DNA of 248,000 nt from Wallemia ichthyophaga EXF-994 (GCF_000400465.1 NW_008806277.1:20001-268000), one strand, 5' to 3'. Shown: positions 25,408 through 39,527, counted from the first letter of the stretch. Notes: generated by a model not told the origin, from the sequence alone. Translations and numbers: made by a program.

Positions 25408-25929
25408 ATGTTGGATGAGCTGGATGGCGACCACGTCGATAGCATCGAGGAGCTCTTTGATGAGGGTTTTATAGCGTCGTTGGGGAGCGCAGGCAGTGGC
25501 AGTGGCAGCACCAACATCAACACCAATATACACACCTGCACCACCTGCTTCAAATCATTTCCCTCCCAATGGAACCTCGACAGACACGCTACTATTCACT
25601 CCCCCGACAAAGACTTCAAGTGTGCTTTGTGTGGTAAAATTTTCGCATTGAAAGACAAATACCAGCAACACCTGCGGAGGCATAGGGGTGATGTCACAAA
25701 GCACACTTGTCCAGAATGCGGGAAAGAGTACACGGACAAATCCAGCCTCAAGCATCACCTAGCAACGCACAACACACCCAGACAGCGCTACAAATGTCCA
25801 ATATGCAATCTATCCTACACGAAACCACGAACGACCAAGATGCACATACTACGAGAACATCTAGAGGGGAGGGAGGGGGTGAATGTGAATGAAATACCAC
25901 TGGATGAGGGTGTTTACGCCTTTTTCTAG
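25408..25929 (+). CDS. C2H2 zinc-finger protein
   Basis: Four CxxC...HxxxH fingers. Confidence 0.85.
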   Translation: MLDELDGDHVDSIEELFDEGFIASLGSAGSGSGSTNINTNIHTCTTCFKSFPSQWNLDRHATIHSPDKDFKCALCGKIFALKDKYQQHLRRHRGDVTKHTCPECGKEYTDKSSLKHHLATHNTPRQRYKCPICNLSYTKPRTTKMHILREHLEGREGVNVNEIPLDEGVYAFF

Positions 25930-25934
25930 ACGGC

Positions 25935-26465
25935 TTAATCGAATACAGTGTCCTCGGGTGCACAGCGGTGTAGATGGCCATCACTCCTCACCGTCACGCC
26001 ATCGACATCGCGCGGTAGAGACTTGCGCATGTCGTATGCATCTTCGTGGTCGCCGTAGTAGCCAACGACGCGCCTGAAGACGGAGTAGCCGAGTTTTGTA
26101 TACATATGGATGGCATTGGAGTTGGTGAGGCGTACGAAGAGGTCGACAAAGTAGGTGGGCGAGAGCGTAGCAGAGAGGTGCTCGCATGCTTTCATAAGCT
26201 CGCTGGCGAGACCAATCTTGCGATGAGTGGGGGATATAGAGAGAGCGGTAACGTGGCCGTGGTGGTCCAAGCCCCGCCCTTCAATTTTACCGAACAAATA
26301 ACCCATCAAGGAGGAATCAGGGTGCGTGAGGCTGATGCAGATATCAGGCCAATTGATGAGGTATTGCTGGTAGAACGAGATGGAATACGTCTCTGTCCAG
26401 TAATCGAGGTTTATTTTATTGAAATTCAGAATATCCGTCGATTTAAAGCTCTTTATCGTCGTCAT
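25935..26465 (-). CDS. NAT3: NatB catalytic subunit Naa20
   Basis: NLDYWTETY, HGHVTALS, FVDLFVR, EDAYDMRK. Confidence 0.93.
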   Translation of the reverse strand: MTTIKSFKSTDILNFNKINLDYWTETYSISFYQQYLINWPDICISLTHPDSSLMGYLFGKIEGRGLDHHGHVTALSISPTHRKIGLASELMKACEHLSATLSPTYFVDLFVRLTNSNAIHMYTKLGYSVFRRVVGYYGDHEDAYDMRKSLPRDVDGVTVRSDGHLHRCAPEDTVFD

Positions 26466-26467
26466 TG

Positions 26468-27250
26468 ATGAAGGCAGAAGAGCGGAGCGTGGTTGAGGCG
26501 TTGGGCGAGTTGGGAGTACACAGGAGAGAGTGTGTGAGGGAGAATGATGAAAATATCCCCACAGACACACTCCACGCGGATTTGATGAGCAATCTCAGGC
26601 TGATTTCAGTGCATTTGAACAAACTTGTAATCTCAACAAAGAAGCCAGTGAATTGGAGTTTATTGAACCAGCTAATCCCAGACTTGAATGGATATCTGAA
26701 TAATCTAGTTTTTATTCTGAAATCCACAAAGTCTCACTTGCTCAAGAAGAATTGGCTGGGTATCTTCAACGACATCCTCGATAACATCCATGGATTACTG
26801 TCCAGCGTTATAGAATACAGCTACAGTGATATCATGAATCACGCTGAAATCATTCATCAAATATCCCTCTCCAATCTCCCTTGTTCTGAACTACAGGCTT
26901 TGAAGACGTCCCTTTACTCCCTCCTAGACATATTCAAGGACACGCAAAACGAGATCAGCGATTTAGACCTCGTTGAAAGCGACTTGTCGGACAAAGGTCA
27001 GAAAATTCTCAAAATTTCTCACTCACTTCCCAATAAATTCGAGCAATTGATAGACTCAATAAAAGATACAGACAATCTCCATCAAATACACACTAAATCC
27101 ACCCAGTTGTCAGATATCTGGGATGACGTAGTGTACAACCTCGATGACGATCATTCGGATGACTTTAACCAGTCAGCTGATAACTTGATGCGGGTGTACA
27201 ACGACATATTTAGCAGCGTGCAAGTTGACCTATCCAAGTTGAAGATATGA
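26468..27250 (+). CDS. Hypothetical helical protein
   Basis: 261-aa ORF. Confidence 0.45.
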   Translation: MKAEERSVVEALGELGVHRRECVRENDENIPTDTLHADLMSNLRLISVHLNKLVISTKKPVNWSLLNQLIPDLNGYLNNLVFILKSTKSHLLKKNWLGIFNDILDNIHGLLSSVIEYSYSDIMNHAEIIHQISLSNLPCSELQALKTSLYSLLDIFKDTQNEISDLDLVESDLSDKGQKILKISHSLPNKFEQLIDSIKDTDNLHQIHTKSTQLSDIWDDVVYNLDDDHSDDFNQSADNLMRVYNDIFSSVQVDLSKLKI

Positions 27251-27314
27251 GGACTGCGACATGTAATAACCTGATTTTCCCACGTCGTACATAAATCACA
27301 TCTGACCTCAGCAC

Positions 27315-27716
27315 ATGATTTCCATTAGAAGAACAACGATGAGCCCAATAACACACGCGCTTAGAAAAGCCACAGTGGCTGCACCGCTTGCACGACCAGC
27401 CACAGCCACAGCCACAACTACTGCCAGACAAATACACCGCACAGCACCCCTCTTGAAAGCCCTAGACAACAAAGCAACGTCGTCATGGCCAGAAGGCAGC
27501 TCATCACGTCCACACACCGAGTACAAGCCAGTTGAAGGTCGTGAAGGCAAGACGGCCAGACTGATATTCCGCATAAAGCCATCAGATATCCCGATGGAAC
27601 TGCTGCCTCTGTTTGCGGCTGTTGGCTTCGCTGTCGTTGGCGCATCGGCGTACGGCGTTTATGCGCTCTGGAATGACAAGACACTGCGTGTGCACAGACA
27701 CGGCGAGCGTAAGTAG
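27315..27716 (+). CDS. NDUFA4/MLRQ-like mitochondrial membrane protein
   Basis: PMELLPLFAAVGFAVVGA..Y. Confidence 0.65.
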   Translation: MISIRRTTMSPITHALRKATVAAPLARPATATATTTARQIHRTAPLLKALDNKATSSWPEGSSSRPHTEYKPVEGREGKTARLIFRIKPSDIPMELLPLFAAVGFAVVGASAYGVYALWNDKTLRVHRHGERK

Positions 27717-28258
27717 GAGTTGGCGAGGATGACGATTGTAACGCTTCTGTAACGACATGACGAAATGAATATGTATTTCTGTTTCCTTTCAACTCCTTTA
27801 CTCCCGCTTGGATTCTCCTACCGCTTGCGTCTTCTCGCCCTGCGCTTTTATCCCGTAATCCGCCGTGAATCGCCAATGAACAGCGTTGGTGAGCCCAACA
27901 TCGCCGCGAACAACGCCAAGCATCTTGAGAACGCCCTTGAATAACACCAGTGTGAGATAACATCCAGATAGCTCTAGCACCCAATGCAGCGCTCTGTGCT
28001 CAAGCAGTACGTGTGCTTGGAAATACTGCAGATAGCAATTCACGCCTACTATAACGAGGTATATCGGCAGACTGCGCCGCATCACCATCTTGTCTTTGTC
28101 CGACAGCCTCCTCAGGTGTCTCTCTACGCTGTTTGGTGTGCTCATTTGGAAGCCCGGGTTTAGGAAGCCACATCCCGAGTGGATCTTTCAGACGTAAAAA
28201 AAAAGAGTCATCTTATTCAATTTCATTCGCATTGTAGTGTTTACATGTTTTGTTGACG

Positions 28259-30907
28259 TCACTCTCCCTCACCCACGCCGTATCTCAAACAAGGTCCAGC
28301 GATGTTGACATTGTGGAACGCAGGGACTTGCGACTTTTTCCTGTGTATATGTTCCAATGTGCGTTTGAAGTGACTGACTACGTTGTGCACGGTGAGGTTA
28401 ACGTCAACGGTGGATGGTGCTTTCAATTCGACGCTGATAGGGTGGTTATCAACCGCGTCTACTTGGTCTATCTTGGTAGAAATGCACTCTACCACACCAT
28501 TAGCCGCATTACTAAGATTTGCAACGCTCTCCACGCCCGCCCCATCCTCGAGATACATGAGGTATGTGTCAAGGATATCCACATAAACTTGTGCGCTAGT
28601 GAGTGGATCGATGAGGTGGGATGCAATGTCGGCTGCTCTACCCAACACGCGTCCCAACTTATCTTCCTCATGGGTATATACACCGGAAGCCACCATGAGC
28701 GACTCGGCCTGGTGCGACTTCTTCACCATCTTCGCTGCGAGGTTGATCAATTTATCTGCGAGCGTCGCGTAGTCGTGTGCGTTCACCTCCAGCCTTTGCA
28801 GCGCCCGCGTCGCTTCTGCCACCAATCGCATCTGGTATTTGGAGCTGACGACCTGCTCCTCGACCAGCAGCAGTGCCTCGCTGAACAGCTCGTACGCCAC
28901 CGCACCCATCTCCTTCTCCTTCTCCTTCTCGGCTGTCGACGCCGCCGCGGCCGCGCGGATGAAAAGGCGTGCGCAGTCCTCGGGTGTATCTGCCAAGACG
29001 TGTAGGTGGAAAATAGACTGGTGGATGAAAGCAAACAGTGCATCGTGCGCATACGACCTGCTTAGCTGTATAGCGCGAGTGACGAGGGTGGGGAAAGTGA
29101 ACACGATGCGTCGCCCGCCCCTGCCCAGTTTCTCGCCCGTCTTTCTGAGCAGCGCGAATTGTGTAGGAGGGTCATCTGAGTGGAAGAGGTGGATGAGGCG
29201 CGCGAGTGAGCCTTGCTCGCTGGCCAGCTCCATATCCGATTCTGAATCTGTATCTGTTGCGTCGTGGGGCGCATCGCTGATAAGCACCGCGCATAGGTCG
29301 AGCAGGTCACCCACATCCTGCTCGTCGGACACGATTGTGTGGCTGTCGAGTAGCGCGCGGCAAATGTCCTGCGCGACACTCTTGCGTGAGTGGTATGGCT
29401 GCATGCGCAATAGCGGCGCGTAAGACGTCAAAGCGAGCAACGTCAACATACTCTTGTAACTCCCAATCGGCGCGCGCAGCAGCGCAAGCACATTCGTAAC
29501 CGTCGCAGGTGAGTGCTGTGGCACCTCATCTAGCTTCGCCTGCGTGAACGAGAGCACTTGGTCGACATATTCCAATCTGTCCGGGTAGCAGTTGAGCGAG
29601 AGAACAAGCAACGAGCCCAATAACGCAGTTATATCCTGCATAGATAGATCTGGACGTGTGTCTATCAGCCTCACTATCTGCTCCCAGAACATCTCGAATA
29701 GCTTAACAGAGTGTGGGATTCCGCGGTATTTCTCCACTTCTTCTTCTCGTCCTTTACCTTTACCTGAGGTCTTTTCTGAGGTGGCACTGCCATTCTTTTC
29801 ACCTTCACGCTTCGCCCTCACTTTTTCCTGCAACCGCTTCTCAATCTCGACATCCTGTTGCTTGAGATCTTCGGGCGACTGCTGCTCAGCCTCTCGCCTC
29901 GCATACTGTGAGAGGCGGTCAATGAGGGATATGACAATCTGCTTGATGTTGACGCGAGTATTGAGCTGCGACGCGGCTGTGAGAAAAGGCGTGAGAGTGT
30001 TGAGTTGAAATTCATCCGGGAACACTTGTATAACGACCTCCATGAGATACTCCTGCGCAATAACGTCACGACAGTTTACGACCTGCTCGAGTATGTTGGG
30101 GAGTATGACAGACTGATATGTGTGCAAGTCAAGTTCCTCGAGCTGCGAGAGACGCACGAGGTTGGTGCCGACAAGAATACGCAGCTCCTTCCTCTCCAAT
30201 TCCCTCCTTTCCCTGTCCCTCGAGTGGCCCTGGTGTTGCAGTCTAACCCAGAGTTTGTTCATCTCGATAAAGTTGGAAAGAATAAAAGCGATGCTGTCGT
30301 TGAGTGTCCCCTGGCTCTTATCGGTGGAGTTCAGAGTCACTGGTAGATAATCCCTCGTCTGGCCCGACAGGTAGTGTCTAAGGAACAGGCCGCGGATCGG
30401 ATGCTGTACCCCGCGAGACATTTCCATGATATCTTTGATTATCTCTCGGACGGGCGCGTCTGGAACAGACATGTACACTGAAGCCACAGTTATCATCAGG
30501 TAGAGTCTGGGGATGATGTTTGAAGCGTATTGCACCAACTCGTATAGATCAGCGAGGTGGTGCTTCGACGACATGTGTGCGTCGTATAAGTAGGTAGACA
30601 GAAAGCGGAGACTGTCGAATATTGACATGTACAGCTCGTAATAAGCTTTGGGGCCTAGAGAAGACGTTCGCAGCTCGGATAACATGGCAGAGGCAGATTT
30701 GAAAGCATCAATGAGCTCATCGCTGTCGAGGCATTTCTTCATTTGTATTTGGTGAGTCTGAGGTGTTGGCGTGGTGTTAGCCGTGAGCTCAGTGATGCGT
30801 GTCAGTTGACTCACTTTAACGGCACTCAAAGCCTCGATTAGTAGCTGCGTAGGGGATCAGCGTGGTCCCCGCGTGCTGTGTATATCTCCCACTTTGGGCT
30901 CATCCAT
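28259..30907 (-). CDS. VPS35: Retromer subunit Vps35
   Basis: ELRTSSLGPKAYYELY, PRLYLMITV, GLFLRHYL. Confidence 0.96.
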
Positions 30908-31321
30908 TTGATAGATGATGGTTGTTTGATAAAGAGAAGCAACGGCAGTGGATGTCGAAACGATAACTGACAGCAACAGCAGCAGCAGTGGCCCATTCAC
31001 TCTGCCCATCACACGTCTCCCCCCACTCCAAATCCGGTCACCCCGCTATAACCACCGTTAAGGAAAAAACGCGTAGATATTGCAAGATAAGGGTATGTAA
31101 TTAGTCAGCTGGATTCCCTGATTGCAGCAATACCAACCATCTCTTACATCTCAACTTTCCAAATATAGAAGTCAGAGTATTTTATGCACTGCCCGCGATT
31201 TCACATTTTGAACCAGAACACTCATCAAGTAAATTACAAAGGCGTTGCGTTGAGTTGACAACACGTGCCATAACATATAAAGCAGACACAACACAAAACA
31301 CATCGCACAAAGCACACAGCA

Positions 31322-34065
31322 CAATGTCCACTCCTTATTACCAAAGTGCTTATCAAGACAGCACGCCTGGACTAAACAACGCTCCTTACAGTGATGACCC
31401 AATGAGCAATGAGGGTTTCAAGTACGCTGGTGGTGGCGCTGCTTTCGGTGGCGCACAGGTCGCAGCACCAAAACCCTGGTACAAGAAGAAGAAATTCCTT
31501 GTGAGTTACGTTGATTTGGCGTTGATGGCTGGGGCTGGGGCTGTCGACGTGGCTGCGTTGATTCCATTTTTTATTTTAATATTCAATCCGCCAATGATTC
31601 TGGATTCCGACCCTGTTGGTTCCTTATCTTAATTTAAAAATAACAGCCACCGTCATCACCGTCATTATCCAATAGCCACAACATCCACTAACACATGAAA
31701 AATCAGATTGGTATCCCTGCAGTCATCGCTGCTATCATCATAGCCTGTGTCGTTGGCGGTGTCGTCGGCTCTCGCAACGACGATGACAATAGCAACTCAA
31801 ACGCCAACAACGCAGCTCAACCTTCCCCTTCAGACGCTGCTCAATCTAAATTATCAAGCGGCAGATTCTCAACAGACACCAATGATGCTGGTGTTCCTAT
31901 CTACGGTAACAATGGTGTAAGCACTGCACAGCCTCTTTTCGTGCAAATTTTGACATATCTCAGACAAACTCAAAGCTTTTCCAAGCTCCTACCTTCCTCA
32001 GTGATCAAGATGACGAACTCAATCTTCCAACTTGCGACGAAAGCCCTCCTTCTTTCGACGGCGATGGTATTCAAGTCACCACTGACAGACCTCGTATTGG
32101 TGGTGTTGCTGGTCGCTGGGAATGCCTTAAAGACATGATCGACGCCGATGCATACATGAGCTATTGGAATCAGTCTATTTTCGATGAAGCTCAGCACTTC
32201 CTTGACACTCCAGCCCCAGCTTGGATCCCAGATGGTGGTTTAACTGGTTCTGGTGTACTCGACCAAGCTCGTGAATGTCAAATGGCTGTCAAGTCCTTGT
32301 CTTACGCGTATCGTATGACCAAAGACGATAAGTACAAGGATGGTGTTTGGGACCGTCTTCAAGTTATTGGTGGTGTCAAAGAAACTCCAGCAGGTACCGA
32401 TGAAGATTCCAAAACATACGGTTCTGGAACTGAAGGTGAAACCAACAACTGGAATCCAAAGCACTTCCTTGATACGGCTGAATTCATGAACTCTTTCGCC
32501 ATTGGTTACGATTGGCTCTACGACTCATGGTCCCAAGATGAGAAGGATTGGATCCGTGACACTCTCGTCACCTACGGTCTCAACCACTCTCAAGCTGAAA
32601 ACAACTACTGGTGGAGAAGTGAATCGGGTAACTGGAACTGTGTCTGTAACGGTGGTATGATTAACTCTGCTCTCTCCATCTGGGAAGATGACACTTCTGG
32701 TCTCGCTGAGCAGATACTCAACGAAGCTCTTGAAAACGCAAAGTCGAACTGTGTTTATGGTGCTCGCGAAGACGGTACATGGACCGAAACTTCCGACTAC
32801 TGGTACTTTGGTACCACTGGTTGGTCATTAGCCACATCCTCATTGATCGCTTCAACCGGTAATGAACAAGGAATGCTCACCACCAATCCAAACTTTTACA
32901 AGACTGCTGATTTCCATATGTACAACTTTGGTAACCAAGCTAAATTCGACTACGGTGACACTGGTCCAAACAAGTACACCGCCACCGCCAACGCTTTGGT
33001 CTTACTCGGTAGAGAAACTAAAACACCTGAATACATGCTCTACCAACGTGATCGCGCTGACGCTACTGACGCTTTCAACATGTTATGGTACGACCCTCAT
33101 GTAGCAGGTGCATGGTGGAACAACATGCCATTGGACAGATACTTTGACGACTCCCACACTCAATGGGCTTCATTCCGTTCTTCATGGACCGACAACAAGG
33201 GTCTTTTCGCAGCAATTAAAGCGGGTAACACGAGTGGTCACCAAACACACGGTGATCTTGATGTCGGTGACTTTGTCATTGATGCTCTCGGTCAGCGCTG
33301 GGCTGGTGAATTGGGTGCAGCCAACTACCTCGGTGAAAACTACTTCAACTCTGAAGCCCAAGATGCAGAGAGATGGCAATGGTACAGAAAGGGCACTGAA
33401 GGTCAAAATGTTTTGTTGTACAACAACACAAACTCAAACGCAGGTGTTGCTTCAGATGCTGCTTTCGGCACTTCAAACACTACTCAAGGTGCAACAATGG
33501 ATATTGACATTGATGATGACTCGACTGGTTTCTACACATCCGATATCACCAGCTCCTACTACGGTAACTCAGTCAAGCGTGGTTTAAGACTCCTTAACAA
33601 GCGTCGTCAAATCTTGCTTCAAGATGACATTGACACAGACGCGCAAATGCAATGGAGAATTCAAACTAACGCTACTATCTCGCTTAACGGTCAATCAGCT
33701 GATTTAGAATTGAATGGTGAAAAGATGACAGTCAGAATCACTAATCCTTCCTATACCGACCTTGAATTCGGCCAAGAGAAAGCTGAGCCAGATTCTTCAG
33801 ATGAACTTCCCGAAAACGGTGAAGGTGAAAATGCTGCTATTCCAAACGTCGACTCGCACGGTAATGAGACTAACGTAGGTGTTGATGTCTTATAATCTTC
33901 TTATCATTAACATCATCTCAGGTCCTTACTATCGATATCCCTGCCGGTTCTTACAGCTTACAAATCTCGTTCGAACCACAATGGGACGGCATGTCATCGG
34001 ATGACTTCCAAACCCCAAAGAATGTTGCTATCGACGATTGGTCGTTGAGGTCTCACGATGCATAA
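31322..34065 (+). CDS. Membrane-anchored heparinase II/III-like polysaccharide lyase
   Basis: KKKK+TM anchor, NWNCVCNGG, EDGTWTET..YWYFG, HGDLDVGDFV; 5 exons. Confidence 0.75.
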
Positions 34066-34187
34066 CCGGCGTCTCTTTTTCAATTCTGCAATATACACAC
34101 TCTCGTTTTATAACATTTTGATTATATCAATTTCAATCTTGTGAATAGAAGATTTCGAACAATGACAATGATACATTTCTTCGACGT

Positions 34188-37100
34188 CTACACGAGTAGT
34201 TTGAGCAATGCGACTGTCTTCCAGTTGTCTTGGTCCGTTGGATCAATGTGCAGTGCACGTTGAGCATCTTTCAATGCCTCCTCTGCCATTCCTCCGTCAG
34301 CTTTAGCCAGAGCTTGCAAGGCGACATTGCTAGCGTTTAATCTGGTCGCAATGCTGTCGTCGGCCAATGCTACGTTCACACCCAGATCTTTCTTGTCGGT
34401 TGCTAGTAGCAGCTTGGAGAGGTCCCTCTTGAGGTCTTGAGCGTATGGCTCGAAGGATAACTGCTTAGTGAGCATTCTGATTGTTGAGAGTGTGTCTCCC
34501 TGTGTAAATGTTAGCGTAGCATCTCATTAATCATCTCACCTACGCTCATCAAAGTATTCTGAACGAGCAGCTTGTGCACACCCCTGTGCTTATCAATCTC
34601 GCTGCGCTTGTCAATGGGCATAGACAGGATTTCAGACAATGCAGCATCGAGCAGCCCACCGTCGTGTGTGAGTATACCTATAGCTGCGAGGGTGGAGATA
34701 GCAGGGAGATACTCGCTATCAATTTCCACACACTCCAATAACACAGACGTAGCCGAGTCTCTGTCGCCCTTACACCACAAGAGCTGCGCGAGAAGCACAC
34801 CAGCATCGACATGTTTAAACTCGTCGAAAGCATCTTTGATGGGTGTGTGCGACGAGTCGCTATAATACCCAGCCAGTCCCAAGCCAAGCATAGCTGACAG
34901 CTTCATATCTTTTTCCTCCTCTTCGACCAGACTAAGAGAGATATTGAATGCTTCTATTGCGCCACCATACTCTTCCAACGCGAGTCGGATCCTGCCTAGC
35001 GAAACATTTGCAAGGGCGTAATTCCTCTCAGTTTCAGCACTCTCGCTATCTTCATACGCAGCCTCGAGGAGCTCGACACAACGCTCTATCTGTGCTCGTG
35101 CTACGTCGTGCTGTCCTAGGCGCTCACTGACAAGGGCGTGCAGATGCAGTCCGGCGCAGTCATTCGGACTGTCCTCTGTGAACCTCTGCATCGCGTAGTT
35201 TTGACGATGCATTTCGGAGCTTTCCGCTGCCTTGTTGTGAGCAAATGCGAATCCAAAGTTGCTCTCAAGCTGTTTTTGGCATGGTTAGCTTGAGTTTAGT
35301 GAAAGAAAAGTACACTAGAATACGAACCTCTGAGCCGCCTGATATAGTAAACGAGTGCTCGTACAGCATCCTGGCATCCTCGTGTCGACCTTCCGATGTC
35401 GCGAGGATGGATAACCCAACCCATGCATACACATAGTCTGGATCAACTGTCTGGGATTTCTTGAGTGCATATCCAGCCAGCTCGGCATCCTTCTGTGCTA
35501 TATACAAGAAACCTAAGTTGGTCCAGTATGTGGGGTTACGTCCATCGATCTCAATGGCTTTGATGTACGAGTGCTGAGCAAGTCGCGCATCACTCTCGAA
35601 TACAAGATTGCCTAGCGCGTTCCAATAGTCATCATTGCCAGGCTCAGAGCGTAGAGCGTTCCTTACTGCCGCAATTGACAGCTTGGACGTATCCTTTTTA
35701 ACATCTGCCTCTGACTTCAATGAGCTTTGTTTAGAAAGCTCCTCAAGAACGATAGCGAGATCATACCACGATGACCCCACGCTATCTGGTCTGCCGAAAT
35801 CCAAAGTGATTGCAAATTCGCTGGTGAGTATTGCCACCATAACACAGGCTCTGTTGATTGAGCTTCGCGTGTTGATCGTGTTGCTGATCCTACCCAAGTC
35901 GATTATATCTTTGCTATGAAATTTCCCTAAGATATCTTCCTCCTTCACTACGCTAACTATAGTCTCGACAGCTTCACTGAGATCTGAACGCACATCCAAA
36001 GCGGCCAGCTTAGCCAATCCATAGAAAGCATCACTAAAAACCTTCCACGCTACCCTCAAATACTTCTCTTGGTGAACAAGAGTAAGGGCATGTTTAACTG
36101 ACTCAATGTAGCTCTCGACGGCTCGGCCTTTGAAGCCGCTCATTGTCTCATAACGTGCTTGTGAAATATATGATTGAGACAATGCAACCACAATCGCGAG
36201 GTTGTTTTTATCGTAGATAGACTTTAAAGTCTCAATAGCCGATGCGTGGAATCCCATCAAACGCAAGACGTCAGCAGTAGCATAAAGAGCTAGCCAGTTA
36301 TCTGCACTATTATCCAGTTCCCTACTCTTACCGAAAGTTTTTAGAGCAGCAGAATGACGTCCGGCAGCTGCATAGCTCTCACCAAGACGCAACCAGCTCG
36401 ACATATCGGCAGTATTTGCACGCAAAGCGATCTGGAATGCTTCAATAGCAGCACCATAGTTATTTCTGTTGAGTTCAACCACACCAATAGCTTTCCATGC
36501 CCAGGCGTTTCTACTGAGATATCTACCTTTAACCAATTCTTCGACTGTGCTACCTTCACCTTCGACGGTCCTCCTGGCTACAATTTCCACTAAATCCCAT
36601 TCCTTTTCATCTGCGAAACCATCAGCTAACCATCTCGCTGCTTCTGTTTCGCGGCTATCCAACTCGAATGCCTTTTGGAAACACTTGGACGCGCGTACGA
36701 CATCGATTGGTTGAGCTACCTGTAAATAGTATAGACCAAGGTACGTGAAAGATGGTGCATATTTGTTGACGTGTTTGATTGATTGTATGAAGAGTGAGTA
36801 GGAGCTCATCTTCTCCTGTCCACCTTGCTCCCAAAGACATTTGCCTAGCTTGAAATAGCATCTTGCTTGGTGGGTTGCGACGTTCTCCATATCATCTCTC
36901 TTAGAAAGCTCATCCAACACCTCCTCTAGCCCAGCTTTTCCGCTTGCGTAATCAGATTGCATCACATAGCACCAACTGTGCTCCTCTTTCGCAATAAGGT
37001 TGGCGGGATCGATGGTAATAATCCTTTGGAATACTTCCCTCGCTTGTTCCCACTTGCCGCCATACTCCATACAGGTTCCTTGAGCAGTTAGAATGTCAAC

Positions 37101-38608
37101 GTCTTGAGGGCGCAGGTTGAGAACGTTGTAGATATGCCCCATTGCTCTCATGTGATGCTTGGGAGGGAAATTATAAGTGAATGAGATTGCAAGTGTGCGT
37201 TCAAAAGCCAAATTGTGCAAGTCGTACGTTAGACTACTGTCTTTAGCGAGTACAGTACAAAGATCAAGACCTGCATCTGAGACAGCTGAAGCGTCTTCAA
37301 ATTGCTTCTCAGTCTCGTAAACAAAGCTGAGTACTCTATGAGTGAAGAGAGAGCTGTTGTTTGATTCAATACCATCAATAATTGCGTTGAGTGCCATGTC
37401 CTTTGGCATGATAGGCGTTGGATCATCTTCCAATCTGAAAGAAGGAAGATAAGCAAATAAGCCATTTATGACGCCGCAAAGAGGGTGATCTGGGAATAAT
37501 GCTTGGAAGCGTCTGAGCAGGATTGCATTGTATTCATTGAGATGTTCAACATTGCACCACTCAATTATTGTAGTCCACGCTAACAAATTGGGGACATTTA
37601 TTGTCACCATTCCTGTTGCCATAGTCATGACTTGGTGGATAAGTTGTTGCTTGAGATCTGCTTCCTTGAGGGATGTGGCTAAGAGATGGTCATGTTTGAA
37701 TTTGAAGAGGGCTGCTTCGATGTCACGCCTCAGTTCGTCGGATGTGAGTGGATGATTTAGTATTTCCAAGTAAAGGGGCTCTAACTTGCTGTCTTTTGAA
37801 GATTCAGATATCAAGTTCTTCTCAATAATATCCCTTTTTGGCGCGCCCAAGCGAGTTCTCCTTTTTTCCATCTCAGACCACCTCCACTGAGACATGTTTG
37901 AGAGGTGTATGTCCTTCAACTGAATAAGAATTGGCAATGAATCGTAAATAGCGCATTGTGATTCGTAAGTAGTGGTAAGGAGAGGCTGGGTATGATCTGG
38001 TGGTGGTAGAGTGGTCAACAAGTCGTAATATTTTGAGCCAGGCAAGTACCAATGGAGGCATTCTGTCAAATCGTCGATGTTGTTGAGTTGCTTGTGAAGC
38101 TGCAATAGCTTTTGAATAGTCTCAGCTAATTTCGTAGCGTCTGAGCTGTGGTAAGTGTGGGTGAGAGGACTGTCTTTTCTTTAGTGAAAATCAACGCACG
38201 CGTCGTGGAACAACTCAAGCAATTCAAACAGAGTCTTTATGAGTCTATTCCAGTTTTCACATTTCTCATAAAAGCTGGCCAAGCCCTTTGAGAAAGGGTT
38301 AGATTTTGTGGATGAGTGAGTGAATGGCTCACCCTCCAAGCGAGTAATTGAGTTGGATTTGATTCGATAGCTCTCCTATAAGCCTTTGATAGGAGTTGTG
38401 AGTATTATTCTGTTGATTCTACCTATATAACAACCTTCTCTGCACCGATTTCGTCACCCAAATTTAGCAGAGCTAAACCGTGGAAGACGTTGGCATTGTA
38501 ATTGAAAGGCTCAAATGTAAGAATTCCTTCTACCGATATCTTTGCCTTATCAAAGTCCTTAGCATCCAAAGACTCTTTTGCTGATTTCAATTTGGCCTTT
38601 GATGACAT
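34188..38608 (-). CDS. SKI3: Superkiller complex TPR protein Ski3
   Basis: N-terminal KAKLKSAKE..YNANVF; long TPR array; KCFQKAFELD. Confidence 0.85.
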
Positions 38609-38624
38609 AGCTTGAACAAGGACA

Positions 38625-39527
38625 ATGAGGCGGGCAATTGGTGCATTTGGTGCACTTGACAGGATGAGAACGCGCATCTGTAGAAGTCATAAATTTCACT
38701 CCACGGCTTCAACAGGTTCTTCAAACGGATCAGACGCATCAGATTCTTCAGACTCAACGTGGAAGACAATTTTCAGTACACTAGAGAACGATTCCACTTC
38801 ACTTGATAGGCAAGAAATACGCAATTTGAAGCCTAGTGATACACTCCCACCCCTTATCGGAAATCGCAGGCAGCTTTCAAACAAGAAGACTAACATAACT
38901 GCACAAGAATCTGAAATATTTGAAGATATTCTCAATCTTCTATTCCAGCATTCACCTAATCAACATCAATCGATCGATAAGCGCAAGTTGCCTAAGCGTC
39001 CACGACTCAAACAATCTGATACAGATCTTCTACTCGATAAGTCAAGGGAGGAGCTACTAAGCTGTAGTAACCCCGTTGAGCTATTTAATTGGTCAAAACT
39101 CAACGTTTTAGACGTCGATCCAACGAGTCCCACTCTCCCTTATCTCCTCACTGACCTCATGGTTGTCTTCAGGGATACTTACAATAACCCACATCTCTCC
39201 TTGTCCATATTTAAATACGTTAAGAACAGAGGCGTATACCATTATGTTCTCGGATGCACTACTCCCGCGTATAATGAACTTATAGCGACGAAATGGGCAT
39301 CATTTGCAGATATTAATGGTGTCAGGGATATTCTCGAAGAAATGCTTACGAATGGCGTGAAGCGTGATGCTCGTACAGAGCAATTAGTTGAAGATATACG
39401 CAATGACGTCATGAAGCAACATAACAACGATATCGACGAACAACTTGCAGCGACGCTTCTCAGGATGGAGTATACGTCGTCTAAACCTTTGAAACCTTCG
39501 GAGAAATCGTCTTCCCGGTACATGTAA
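38625..39527 (+). CDS. Mitochondrial Mtf2-like protein
   Basis: YVLGCTTPAYNELI..W signature. Confidence 0.65.
   Translation: MRRAIGAFGALDRMRTRICRSHKFHSTASTGSSNGSDASDSSDSTWKTIFSTLENDSTSLDRQEIRNLKPSDTLPPLIGNRRQLSNKKTNITAQESEIFEDILNLLFQHSPNQHQSIDKRKLPKRPRLKQSDTDLLLDKSREELLSCSNPVELFNWSKLNVLDVDPTSPTLPYLLTDLMVVFRDTYNNPHLSLSIFKYVKNRGVYHYVLGCTTPAYNELIATKWASFADINGVRDILEEMLTNGVKRDARTEQLVEDIRNDVMKQHNNDIDEQLAATLLRMEYTSSKPLKPSEKSSSRYM

Noticed and set aside
22900-30400. Many long antisense or overlapping ORFs in GC-rich genes (also 50-55, 76-85, 111-112 kb)
   Set aside because: These are shadow ORFs from codon bias opposite well-identified genes.
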